A stretch of DNA of 64,000 nucleotides from an uncultured virus (IMG/VR IMGVR_UViG_3300030085_002155) (Duplodnaviria; Heunggongvirae; Uroviricota; Caudoviricetes), in the IMG/VR virus record IMGVR_UViG_3300030085_002155; one strand, written 5' to 3'. The notes beneath the pieces were generated by a model. The model did not search any database. It saw only the letters and a program-made list of their open reading frames with translations, and was not told the origin of the DNA. Made by a program: the position numbers and the translations under genes. Of the stretch, positions 36,369-46,125 are shown in pieces. Within the stretch, counting starts at the first letter, position 1, and each line of letters starts with the position of its first letter.

Positions 36369-36796
36369 CCGACAAATTTTCAAAATTGAATGAGACTTTT
36401 AACACCGATGGAAATATTGTTCCAAAGGTCGAAGTCTCTGTCGAAAAGGCACCAGAAAAAATTAAACCATCTAGTGTCGATGATGCCAAGAAAGATTATG
36501 ACTATACGCGAGGAAATTTGTATTCATTGATTGAGAAGGGTCAAGAAGCTCTCAATAGTGTCATGGAGTTAGCTCAAGAAAGTGATTCTCCTAGGGCATA
36601 TGAAGTAGTTGGACAGATACTTAAAAACGTATCCGACACGACAGATAAACTCATCGATCTTCAAAAGAAAATGAAAGATATCGATGATAGTCATGCGACC
36701 AAAGCACCATCTACTGTCAACAACACTATGTTTGTTGGATCTACTGCAGAACTAGCGAAGATGTTAAAAGACGGATTTAAAGAGGATCCTAAATAA
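36365..36796 (+). CDS. gp16: Terminase small subunit gp16
   Basis: DYDYTRGNLYSLIEKGQEAL, SPRAYEV, FVGSTAELAKML. Confidence 0.93.
   Translation: MTDKFSKLNETFNTDGNIVPKVEVSVEKAPEKIKPSSVDDAKKDYDYTRGNLYSLIEKGQEALNSVMELAQESDSPRAYEVVGQILKNVSDTTDKLIDLQKKMKDIDDSHATKAPSTVNNTMFVGSTAELAKMLKDGFKEDPK
36789..36795 (+). promoter_or_regulatory. Late promoter
   Basis: CTAAATA before ORF 36841. Confidence 0.55.
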
Positions 36797-36840
36797 ATTG
36801 ATAGGGAGAAAAATCCCAAAGTACCAGAGTTACTAATAAC

Positions 36841-39225
36841 ATGTCCCGATCCAGAGAAGATCTGCCGTCTATTGACGATTTGATCAATGACGACCTCCCA
36901 TCAATTAAAGATCTTTTAGCAGAAGAAGATTTGCCTTCTGTAGAGGACTATATTGAAAAAGAAGAAATAGAGGAAGGCACAGAAACAATAGAAGATGCTG
37001 ACGGAAATACTTTCGCAGAAGTACAAGATATAGTTCCACCTTGGCCAGAACTGGTCAGAATGATCAACGATGTCAGGAAAGATATTCCCGACATTCCAGA
37101 AGTAAAATATTACGATAAAGAATTAGAAGAACTTTCTGAACAGATTTCTGGGATAAAAGATTCAATTCCAACTGTTCCTGAGTGGGTCAATGGAATTCAC
37201 GATGTTCCGGATTTCTCTTGGGTTGGCAAAACTTTCAGTGTTATTGATGAAGACTTTACAAAGATCAATAACACTGTAGAGAGTGTTCGTGAGAAAATTG
37301 ATTCAGATTTACAACGCCTAACAGAGGATGTAGAGAAAAAATATTTTGAAAATGTAGTAGTTTCCGAAAAAATTTCTTTTGATGTAAAAGATCTTGGTGA
37401 AAAAATCAAGGTAAAGATTGAAGAAGAAAAGGACAAAATTTGGAAAGAGCTCAGCGCATCTTCTCTTAAGATGTGGAACTTCCATAAGGAGTCCAAAGAC
37501 GATGATCGTAAACTAAGAAAACAAATATTAGGAGAATACAATTCCCTAAAACAAAAGATCAAAAAAGATCTTGAAGAAGTAAATGATAAGAGCGTCAAAA
37601 CCGATGAACTCTTACTCAAATATTTTAGTGAACTTAAAGATCAACTTGCGGAACAAATTTCTGGTGTTCGACAAGAAATTCCGGAGATGCCAAAGATTCC
37701 GGAAGTAAAATATTACGATAAGGAAATCAAAGATCTATATGAAATTGTACGACGTATAAAATCTACACAAAAGAATTTAAAAGAAGAAACAAAAAATCTG
37801 TCAGAGGGTCTTTTAAACATACCACCCGAAACAAACAATTCGGATCCACTCACCCCACTGGGCCAAGAGTTTGTAACCTTCAAACAGTTATCAGAACACT
37901 ATAGATTATTCATCAATAGAATTCAAACTCAACTCGCTGCTGTTGGTGGAGGTGGTATTGGAGATGCGCCGGTAGACGGCAATTCTTATACACGCAAAAA
38001 CGGAGATTGGGTTGCTGGTCTTGGTGATTGGACGTTAGATGGAGTTGGACTCAGCACAACTAAAAGTGTAGGTATTGGAACCACTGCTAAAGAAGGATAT
38101 TCGTTATATGTTGAGGGTGACGCAAGAGTTACGGGCATTCTTACCGTTGGTCAAGGATCCATTACTTTAGATCCAAACAATAAAGAAATAACTGGTATCG
38201 ATGAAATTGTTGTTGGATCTGGAGCATCTATATCATTAGCACCTTTATTTCAGAATCAGGGTAAATTTTCTGTTGACTATTCAAAGTTAACTTTAAAAGG
38301 ATTTAATTCAAATAATGAAGGAACGTATGAAAGACAAAGCACTTCTTTTGTACTAGCTACTGCACCAACTAGATCTGGTAGTGCTAGATTCCAAGAAACA
38401 AGTGGATATTACTACTTCTTACATGAAAGTGATAATTCAAAAATAATTATTTTCAATATAGTTACTGGAAATTGGGACGCAGTTCATAGTTCTGGATCTA
38501 ATTTCTCTTCTCCAAGTAGTGGGACACTAGTAAATCCACCATCAAATGTTTCTTTTATTACTCCAGTTAGAGCAACTCTTGACGGCACCGGTAGATCATA
38601 TCCAGGACCAGGAAGAGGAATTGCATACTCAACTGTAGTTACTGAGCAAACATCATCTCTCGGTATTGCAACTGCAAGCTCTTTAGAAGTAACTGGTATC
38701 GTTACCGCTACCAGTTTTGTTGGTCCCTTAACCGGTAATGCGACTGGATTGTCTGGTACGCCCAATATTTCAATCGGAACTTTAACCGCTTCCGGTAATG
38801 TAACTATCGGCGGTACATTAACCTATGAAGATGTAACTAACATCGATGCAGTTGGACTTTCTACTGCTAGAAGTGGTTTGCAGATTGGTAATGGAACTGC
38901 CACAACTATTGTTAGTTTGGAAGCCGCAACATCGACCACAACCACTACAAGTGAGACTGCTGTTGATACTTTCAGTGCAACAGTATACAGATCTGCCCAG
39001 TATCAAATTCAAATAACTCAGGGTACATCGTATCATGTTACAACTTTGAATGTTTTGCATGATGGGTCTAGTGTATATCTGTCTGAGTTTGGAACTATCC
39101 GAAATGGATCTGTGTTAGCTACTTTTGATGCAGATGTCAATTCTGGCAGTGTTCGGATAAAGGCAACTCCTAGTTCTGATTCTTCTACAGTCTTTAAAAT
39201 TTCAAAGACCTTGACAAAGGTTTGA
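36841..39225 (+). CDS. Putative virion fibre: coiled-coil, foldon-like motif and beta-rich C-terminus (794 aa)
   Basis: K/E-rich helical N-half with IPEVKYYDKE twice; DAPVDGNSYTRKNGDWV; C-terminal YRSAQYQIQI...HDG...EFG domain like those in gp7. Confidence 0.6.
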   Translation: MSRSREDLPSIDDLINDDLPSIKDLLAEEDLPSVEDYIEKEEIEEGTETIEDADGNTFAEVQDIVPPWPELVRMINDVRKDIPDIPEVKYYDKELEELSEQISGIKDSIPTVPEWVNGIHDVPDFSWVGKTFSVIDEDFTKINNTVESVREKIDSDLQRLTEDVEKKYFENVVVSEKISFDVKDLGEKIKVKIEEEKDKIWKELSASSLKMWNFHKESKDDDRKLRKQILGEYNSLKQKIKKDLEEVNDKSVKTDELLLKYFSELKDQLAEQISGVRQEIPEMPKIPEVKYYDKEIKDLYEIVRRIKSTQKNLKEETKNLSEGLLNIPPETNNSDPLTPLGQEFVTFKQLSEHYRLFINRIQTQLAAVGGGGIGDAPVDGNSYTRKNGDWVAGLGDWTLDGVGLSTTKSVGIGTTAKEGYSLYVEGDARVTGILTVGQGSITLDPNNKEITGIDEIVVGSGASISLAPLFQNQGKFSVDYSKLTLKGFNSNNEGTYERQSTSFVLATAPTRSGSARFQETSGYYYFLHESDNSKIIIFNIVTGNWDAVHSSGSNFSSPSSGTLVNPPSNVSFITPVRATLDGTGRSYPGPGRGIAYSTVVTEQTSSLGIATASSLEVTGIVTATSFVGPLTGNATGLSGTPNISIGTLTASGNVTIGGTLTYEDVTNIDAVGLSTARSGLQIGNGTATTIVSLEAATSTTTTTSETAVDTFSATVYRSAQYQIQITQGTSYHVTTLNVLHDGSSVYLSEFGTIRNGSVLATFDADVNSGSVRIKATPSSDSSTVFKISKTLTKV

Positions 39226-39249
39226 TTTCTAAATAGTTAAAAAAGAACA

Positions 39250-39585
39250 ATGACCGCGAAAGTAGTTAACATCAAACTTGATAAAGGTTGCGATTTTTCC
39301 AAAACCTTATCCTTTACTGATGATAATGATTCTGTGGTGAATCTCACGGGATTTGCTCTAACAGCGAAAATAAGAAAACACCCCACATCTTCTTCCCCAG
39401 CAGCCTTTACAGTTGGTATTACATCTGCAGCTGGTGGTGGTGGAATAATTTCAATGACAGACAGCACTAGCGGTATTTTAACCTCTGGTAGATATTATTA
39501 TGATGTAATTGGTGGAACTTCTACCGGACCTATAACAAAGTACTTTGAAGGAAGTCTGATAGTTTCAGATACAATTTCTTCATAA
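39250..39585 (+). CDS. Small virion-associated beta-sandwich protein
   Basis: NIKLDKGCDF...NLTGF..TAKIRKH...GRYYYDV...EG pattern; late promoter CTAAATA at 39229-39235. Confidence 0.7.
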   Translation: MTAKVVNIKLDKGCDFSKTLSFTDDNDSVVNLTGFALTAKIRKHPTSSSPAAFTVGITSAAGGGGIISMTDSTSGILTSGRYYYDVIGGTSTGPITKYFEGSLIVSDTISS

Positions 39586-39610
39586 ATAGTAAAAGACTAC
39601 TTTTGATAAG

Positions 39611-41269
39611 ATGAATAAGTGTCCCAAAGGGTCATACTATTGTTACACTGATAAGAAGTGTAAACCCATCCCTAAGGGTATGAAGACCACTGCCAGATTT
39701 TCTGGTGGGGGAAGAGAACCTGAGGAAGTTGGTATTGACAAACCACTTAACGGTGGTAACGGCAATGGCAACGGCAATGGTAATGGTGGTGGAAATGGAG
39801 GCGGACTTGGTGAAGGAAGTCTTCATAAGTGGTTTAAAGGATCCAAATCAAAAGATGGTAAAGGTGGTTGGGTCAACGTTGTCACTGGTGGCACATGTGC
39901 CAGTGATGAACCAGGAGAGGGAACTCCAAAATGCGTATCCTCTTCTAAAAGAGCAAGTATGAGTAAGTCGGAAAGACTCTCTGCTGCACGTCGTAAAAAG
40001 AAAGCAGATCCAGGACAACAACAAAAGTCTGGTGCTGCTAAACCAACTTACGTTTCAACTGACAAACCCAAGAAGAAAATGAAAGAAGAAAACATCATTG
40101 AATCTGATAAAAAGGGTAAAGGTAGTGGAACTAAGGATGCTTGTTACCACAAAGTAAAGTCACGTTATAGTGTTTGGCCTAGCGCATATGCTTCTGGAGC
40201 ATTGGTCAAATGCCGTAAAAAAGGTGCGGCTAACTGGGGTAACAAGACAAAGAAAGAAGGATTTACTCCTTCACAAATTGCTGCGTTAGAATCCATCGGT
40301 GCTGTAGAACTCAACGAAAAGGGTCAAAAGTGCTGGAAAGGTTATGAGAAAAAGGGAACCAAAAAAATGTTTGGTAAGACCTATAATAACTGTGTGAAGA
40401 AGGAGGAAACTAATGTCAGCATTGAACAAACAGATCTTTCACATCTCGATGAGATTGTTAGGATTCAGGCCAAGACCGGACAAATCCTAATGGTCGTATT
40501 CACTTGGAGAGGAAAAACTTACGCAACACAAATGTTTTTCCCACAAACCAAGAAACCAACAAAAGCAGAAATTTTAGACGCGATTAGAAAAGTATATCCA
40601 GGTGCCGTGTTATTGAACGCACATTCATCAGGCATTGATCCTAATCGTCCTTTAATTTACATGAACGAAAGTGAGACCAGCCACCACGACGTAGAGTCCG
40701 TTGACGAGAAACTAAACCTAAAGAAAGCAGAAATGGGTGATGTCGTCAAAGACTTCTATAAATCTAAGGCTCCTCAGTTCAAAGGTAAAACCAAAGAGAA
40801 ACGTCGTGAGATGGCAATAGCAGCCAAACTCGATGCAGAACAAAAGGAATCCACAATCAGAGACGGAGAAACAATTAAAGAAACTTCTATTTCTGATGCA
40901 GGCACACCAAGAGAAATATCTATGGAGGCCAAAGGGGCATCAATGAAATGTTCCCACAATCCAAAAGGGAAAAAATGCCCTATTCATGGAGAGGATGAGT
41001 GTCCCGCTCTAGAGGTTGATGAAGCAGCAGCATGGACTCGCAAAGCAGGTAAAAATAAAGAAGGTGGATTAAATGAAAAAGGAAGAAAAAGCTACGAGAG
41101 AGAAAATCCAGGAAGCGATCTTAAGAGACCTTCAAAGAAAGTTGGGAACCCTCGTAGAAAAAGCTTTTGTGCGCGGATGAAAGGCATGAAGAAGAAACTC
41201 ACTTCTTCCAAAACTGCCAGTGATCCAAATAGCAGAATCAATAAATCATTAAGAGCTTGGAATTGTTGA
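39611..41269 (+). CDS. Multi-module basic/Cys-rich late protein (DUF5872- and DUF6321-like modules)
   Basis: SLHKWF...GGWV...PKCV; WPSAYASGALVKCRK; KCWKGY; AAWTRKAGKN..GGLN.KGR...RRKSFCARM...WNC; late promoter ATAAATA at 39582-39588. Confidence 0.75.
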   Translation: MNKCPKGSYYCYTDKKCKPIPKGMKTTARFSGGGREPEEVGIDKPLNGGNGNGNGNGNGGGNGGGLGEGSLHKWFKGSKSKDGKGGWVNVVTGGTCASDEPGEGTPKCVSSSKRASMSKSERLSAARRKKKADPGQQQKSGAAKPTYVSTDKPKKKMKEENIIESDKKGKGSGTKDACYHKVKSRYSVWPSAYASGALVKCRKKGAANWGNKTKKEGFTPSQIAALESIGAVELNEKGQKCWKGYEKKGTKKMFGKTYNNCVKKEETNVSIEQTDLSHLDEIVRIQAKTGQILMVVFTWRGKTYATQMFFPQTKKPTKAEILDAIRKVYPGAVLLNAHSSGIDPNRPLIYMNESETSHHDVESVDEKLNLKKAEMGDVVKDFYKSKAPQFKGKTKEKRREMAIAAKLDAEQKESTIRDGETIKETSISDAGTPREISMEAKGASMKCSHNPKGKKCPIHGEDECPALEVDEAAAWTRKAGKNKEGGLNEKGRKSYERENPGSDLKRPSKKVGNPRRKSFCARMKGMKKKLTSSKTASDPNSRINKSLRAWNC

Positions 41270-41276
41270 TTAATTT

Positions 41277-42923
41277 ATGGCTGATAATGTATACCTTGGC
41301 AATCCGAATCTAAAAAAAGCAAATACTGCAATTGAATTTACTCCTGATCAAATCAAGGAGTTTATCAAGTGCAAACAAGATCCGGTTTACTTCGCAAGAA
41401 ACTATATTAAAATTGTTAACGTTGACGAAGGTCTCGTTAACTTTGAAATGTGGCCTTTCCAGGAAAAACTAATTAGTCGATTTCATGAGAATCGATTTAA
41501 TATTTGTATGATGCCGCGACAGACGGGTAAGTCCACCACATCGGTGTCTTACCTATTACATTATGCTGTCTTTAATGACAATGTAAACATCGGTATTCTT
41601 GCAAACAAGGCATCTACCGCCCGAGATCTTTTAGGTAGACTACAAACCGCATATGAGAACTTGCCTAAGTGGATGCAACAGGGGGTTCTTGTTTGGAACA
41701 AAGGTAGTCTTGAATTAGAAAATGGTTCAAAGATCATGGCGGCTTCCACATCTGCTGCAGCAGTTCGTGGTATGACATTTAATATTTTGTTCTTGGACGA
41801 ATTTGCGTTCGTTCCAAACCATATTGCTGACGACTTTTTCAGTTCAGTTTATCCTACGATTTCATCTGGTAAATCTACCAAGATTATTATCGTATCTACC
41901 CCCAAGGGTATGAATCATTTCTACCGCATGTGGCATGATGCGGAGAGAGGTGCAAATGAATATGTTCCAACACAAGTTCATTGGTCTGAAGTTCCGGGTA
42001 GAGATGAAGCATGGAAACAACAGACTATTGCAAACACATCTGAACAACAATTCAAGACTGAGTTTGAGTGTGAATTCTTAGGATCGATTGATACTCTTAT
42101 TAGTCCAGCAAAGTTAAGATCTTTAGTATATGAAAAACCAATTCAAAGTAGTAATGGATTGGACGTATATGCCGAACCACAACCAAATCATGATTACGTT
42201 TGCACCGTTGACGTAGCTAGAGGGGTGGGAGAAGATTATTCGGCATTTATCATTGTTGACATAACTTCTTTCCCACATCAACTTGTCGCAAAATATAGAA
42301 AGAATGATATAAAACCGATGTTGTTCCCCAACATCATTTGGGAGACATGTAAGGCATATAATAATTGTTTTATCCTATGTGAAGTTAATGATATTGGAGA
42401 TCAGGTGGCCTCCATAATAAATTATGATTTGGAATATCAAAATCTTCTCATGTGTTCCATGAGGGGTAGAGCGGGTCAGGTTGTAGGTCAAGGTTTTTCC
42501 GGAAAGAAAACTCAACTTGGAGTCAAGATGAGTAAGACCGTTAAAAAGGTTGGATCTCTCAATCTAAAGACAATGATTGAAAGTGATAAAATTTTATTCA
42601 AAGATTATGAGTGTATTTCTGAATTAACCACGTTTATATCTAAGAGCAATTCATTTGAAGCAGAAGAAGGATGTAATGATGACCTTGCCATGTGTCTGGT
42701 CATTTATGCTTGGTTAGTTGCACAAGATTACTTTAAAGAACTGACCGATCAAGATGTTCGTAAGAGGTTATATGAAGAACAAAGAGATCAGATAGAACAA
42801 GACATGGCTCCATTTGGATTTATGAGTGATGGATTAGATGATAATAGTTTTGTAGATTCTCAAGGAGATCGTTGGTATACGGATGAGTATGGTGATAGAT
42901 CTTATATGTGGGAGTACTATTGA
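41277..42923 (+). CDS. gp17: Terminase large subunit gp17
   Basis: YLGNPNLKK, PRQTGKST (Walker A), FLDEFAF (Walker B), VSTPKGMNHFY, DVARG, DDLAMCL. Confidence 0.97.
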   Translation: MADNVYLGNPNLKKANTAIEFTPDQIKEFIKCKQDPVYFARNYIKIVNVDEGLVNFEMWPFQEKLISRFHENRFNICMMPRQTGKSTTSVSYLLHYAVFNDNVNIGILANKASTARDLLGRLQTAYENLPKWMQQGVLVWNKGSLELENGSKIMAASTSAAAVRGMTFNILFLDEFAFVPNHIADDFFSSVYPTISSGKSTKIIIVSTPKGMNHFYRMWHDAERGANEYVPTQVHWSEVPGRDEAWKQQTIANTSEQQFKTEFECEFLGSIDTLISPAKLRSLVYEKPIQSSNGLDVYAEPQPNHDYVCTVDVARGVGEDYSAFIIVDITSFPHQLVAKYRKNDIKPMLFPNIIWETCKAYNNCFILCEVNDIGDQVASIINYDLEYQNLLMCSMRGRAGQVVGQGFSGKKTQLGVKMSKTVKKVGSLNLKTMIESDKILFKDYECISELTTFISKSNSFEAEEGCNDDLAMCLVIYAWLVAQDYFKELTDQDVRKRLYEEQRDQIEQDMAPFGFMSDGLDDNSFVDSQGDRWYTDEYGDRSYMWEYY

Positions 42924-43147
42924 TGGACATTGGGGATGATTATGATTTGGAACACCTGCTCTTTAAAGAAAGAGAATGTAGAGTTTGTGGGCAAACAAAA
43001 ATTTTGATAGAAGATTTTTATAGAACCAGAAAAGATAGAGGAGCAAAACCATCTTCGTATTCATATGAATGTAAGGATTGTACTAAGAAGAGAATACTAG
43101 AGTCAAAAAAGAAAGACAATACAAAGTGGCACTACCCCGATTGGTGA
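42923..43147 (+). CDS. Small zinc-finger protein
   Basis: CRVC...YSYECKDC pair; coupled to gp17 stop. Confidence 0.75.
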   Translation: MDIGDDYDLEHLLFKERECRVCGQTKILIEDFYRTRKDRGAKPSSYSYECKDCTKKRILESKKKDNTKWHYPDW

Positions 43148-43186
43148 GTTCACGTCAATATTCCCCGTTTTAAAAGACTGCAAATA

Positions 43187-43193
43187 ATAAATA
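43187..43193 (+). promoter_or_regulatory. Late promoter
   Basis: ATAAATA, then AAGGAG RBS, before gp18. Confidence 0.7.
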
Positions 43194-43228
43194 TCTTTAG
43201 GAAATGAAACTCTTAAGGAGACACTACA

Positions 43229-45430
43229 ATGGCGGTAGCGTTACTTTCTCCAGGTGTACTTACCAGAGAAGTTGACTTAACTGTTGGTAGAGCCGAAAAT
43301 GTCCTTGACAACATTGGCGCTATTGCAGGACCTTTTACTCAAGGCCCAGTGAATGAACCCATCCTCATTCAAAACGAACAGGAATTAATCAACACTTTCG
43401 GTAAACCTGTCAGTACCGATGCACAGTACGAATATTGGATGAGTGCATCATCCTTCCTCAGTTATGGAGGAATCATCAAAGTTGTCAGAGCTGGAGCAAC
43501 GACTCTCTCTAATGCTAACGCAGGTGTAGCGGCAACTAACACGAGCGGACTTCAAGTTTATAACTACGAAGATTACGTTGACAACCATCAAACCGACACC
43601 AGTTGGTTCTGGGCTGCTAAGAACCCAGGTTCTTGGTCGAATGGTTTAAAAGTTTGCGTCATCGACGACGCAGCTGACCAAATCATTGGTATTGCAACCA
43701 CCAGTCTTGCTGGTGCTGGTGCAACTATTGGTTATGGTGTTACCACGGCTTTATCGGCTGTTTCCATTCCAAAGAGTGATGGTACGGTTGAAACTTTCAC
43801 GGGATATCTGAAAGGCATCATCACCGGTCTTTCGACTGATGCAACCAACTCTGCAAGTAAAATTAATGTAAAGATTGTTAGTAGGGTATCTGCTGCAGGA
43901 ACAGAAACTGCGGTCAGTTATGAGAAAGGTGGAACATTTAAATTCGATAATAGTGACTCAATTTATTTTGTAAATAACAGTGCTGCGAATGTAACAGGTG
44001 ATGATGCGGCCTCTGTGAGAACGATCAATAGCGAACAAGACTGGTATGATCAGCAGCAGTTGGGTATCACCAACGGAACTGTATATTGGAACTCCATCGC
44101 TCCTAAACCAACCGCGTCTGCATATGTCACAGACAGAGATGGTAAGAACGATGGTATTCACGTTGTCGTTGTTGACGATAATGGCGAAGTAACTGGAATC
44201 AAGGGTAACGTTCTTGAGAAACACTTGGATCTTTCTAAGGCACTTGACGCAGTATCTGCTGCACAGGCTCCTCTGAAGACCTACTACAAAAATTACATCG
44301 CAGATTTCTCCGAGTACGTTTTTGCTGGATTCAACCCATCTGTTTCTGGTAATGTTATCCAAGGAACCGAACCACAAGTTTCTGGATTCACAACCTCTTA
44401 CACCAAACCCGCTATCTCTAACGGATCTTGGGGACGTAAAGCACAAGGTAATACCTTCAATGTTCTGGGTAACGTAACTTACTCCATTGGTGGTGGTGTT
44501 GATTACACTGCTGCTGGTGGCATGACTGCAGAACTTTCGGATCAAATCACTGCTTATAACTACTTCCGAAACAAAGATGAGGAAGAAGTAGATTACCTGA
44601 TCATGGGACCAGGTATGTCACAGGAAGGTGAGTCTAAGGCAAAGGCCGCAAGACTTATTTCTATCGCCGGTGAGAGAAAGGATTGTGTCGCTGTTATCTC
44701 CCCACACAGAGGTAACATTGTTGGACAGACCAACAGCACTACCATGACGAACAACGTCCTTGGATTCTTTAACTCGTTACCATCATCGTCTTATGCGATC
44801 TTTGATTCGGGTTATAAGTATATGTTCGATAGATTTAATAATGAGTTCCGTTATGTACCATGTAATGCAGACATTGCTGGTCTGATGGTGAGAACGAATA
44901 TTAACTTCTATCCATGGTTCTCCCCTGCTGGTCAACAGAGAGGCATCCTCAACGATGCGATTAAGTTAACCTACAACCCAACGCAGGCAGAAAGAGATCA
45001 ACTCTATAAGGCAAGAATCAACCCAGTCATCTTCCAGAAGGGACAAGGTATCTTACTCTTTGGTGATAAGACTGGTCTTGGATATGCATCCGCATTCGAC
45101 AGAATTAACGTCAGAAGACTGTTCCTTACTGTTGAACAGGCACTTGAAAATGCCGCGAAGTCGCAGCTCTTTGAATTCAACGATGAAATTACCAGAGCTA
45201 ACTTCATCAACATTGTGGAACCTTATCTTCGCGACGTACAATCCAAACGAGGATTGTTTGACTTCCTCGTCATTTGTGACGAGACTAACAACACCCCCGA
45301 TGTTATTGATAATAATGAATTCAGGGCAGATATCTTCCTGAAGCCAACCAAGTCCATCAACTTCGTCAGCCTGACTTTCGTTGCTACTCGCACCGGAGTC
45401 AGCTTTGAGGAAGTCGCTGGTCGAGTTTGA
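43229..45430 (+). CDS. gp18: Tail sheath protein gp18
   Basis: LSPGVLTREVDLT, PWFSPAG..RG, FGDKT...AFDRINVRRLFL, FVATRTGVSFEEV. Confidence 0.97.
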   Translation: MAVALLSPGVLTREVDLTVGRAENVLDNIGAIAGPFTQGPVNEPILIQNEQELINTFGKPVSTDAQYEYWMSASSFLSYGGIIKVVRAGATTLSNANAGVAATNTSGLQVYNYEDYVDNHQTDTSWFWAAKNPGSWSNGLKVCVIDDAADQIIGIATTSLAGAGATIGYGVTTALSAVSIPKSDGTVETFTGYLKGIITGLSTDATNSASKINVKIVSRVSAAGTETAVSYEKGGTFKFDNSDSIYFVNNSAANVTGDDAASVRTINSEQDWYDQQQLGITNGTVYWNSIAPKPTASAYVTDRDGKNDGIHVVVVDDNGEVTGIKGNVLEKHLDLSKALDAVSAAQAPLKTYYKNYIADFSEYVFAGFNPSVSGNVIQGTEPQVSGFTTSYTKPAISNGSWGRKAQGNTFNVLGNVTYSIGGGVDYTAAGGMTAELSDQITAYNYFRNKDEEEVDYLIMGPGMSQEGESKAKAARLISIAGERKDCVAVISPHRGNIVGQTNSTTMTNNVLGFFNSLPSSSYAIFDSGYKYMFDRFNNEFRYVPCNADIAGLMVRTNINFYPWFSPAGQQRGILNDAIKLTYNPTQAERDQLYKARINPVIFQKGQGILLFGDKTGLGYASAFDRINVRRLFLTVEQALENAAKSQLFEFNDEITRANFINIVEPYLRDVQSKRGLFDFLVICDETNNTPDVIDNNEFRADIFLKPTKSINFVSLTFVATRTGVSFEEVAGRV

Positions 45431-45441
45431 TCGATTACCGT

Positions 45442-45448
45442 CTAAATA
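45442..45448 (+). promoter_or_regulatory. Late promoter
   Basis: CTAAATA, then AGGAG RBS, before gp19. Confidence 0.7.
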
Positions 45449-45470
45449 ACATTGTAGGAGACCAAAAACA

Positions 45471-46088
45471 ATGGCAGTACAACCAATTCCAACCAATAAT
45501 CGAGGCATTTTCGATTTTCGTGCTAAACTCGATGGTGGTGGTGTTAGACCCAATTTATTTGAAGTTGAACTGGAGTGGCCTTCCGAGGCCATTCCAACCG
45601 GCGTAACAGATAAATTACTTGCAGATCAAGGTAGATTTCTGTGTAAAGCTGCTGCGATGCCTGCATCCAACATTGCCCCAATTGAAGTCCCATTCAGAGG
45701 TAGAATTCTGAAGGTCGCTGGTGATAGAACGTTCGATACTTGGACCGTTACTATTATCAATGACACTGACATGGCACTTCGCGGTGCATTTGAAAGATGG
45801 ATGAATCTGATCAACAAAGTCAGCAATAATGCTGGTAGAGTTAATCCAGCCGAATATCAAACTATTGCTAAGGTACACCAACTCGGTAGAGCTAATGTAT
45901 CTGGCAAAAACTTGGCATCGGAAGCAAACATTCCCATCCTGAGAAGCTATGAGTTCCAAGGTGTATTCCCAACTAACGTATCTCAGGTAGATCTCTCCTA
46001 CGAATCTACCGATACCATTGAGGAGTTTACTGTAGAACTTCAGGTTCAGTATTGGACCGCCACCGGAAATGGAGGAGCCGTAGCCTGA
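45471..46088 (+). CDS. gp19: Tail tube protein gp19
   Basis: GGVRPNLFEV, FLCKAAAMPAS, PFRGRILKVAGDRTF..WTVTIINDTD. Confidence 0.96.
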   Translation: MAVQPIPTNNRGIFDFRAKLDGGGVRPNLFEVELEWPSEAIPTGVTDKLLADQGRFLCKAAAMPASNIAPIEVPFRGRILKVAGDRTFDTWTVTIINDTDMALRGAFERWMNLINKVSNNAGRVNPAEYQTIAKVHQLGRANVSGKNLASEANIPILRSYEFQGVFPTNVSQVDLSYESTDTIEEFTVELQVQYWTATGNGGAVA

Positions 46089-46094
46089 TAAATA
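46088..46094 (+). promoter_or_regulatory. Late promoter
   Basis: ATAAATA before gp20. Confidence 0.65.
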
Positions 46095-46125
46095 GATCAA
46101 AGCAATACGATCTGTATATCATACA

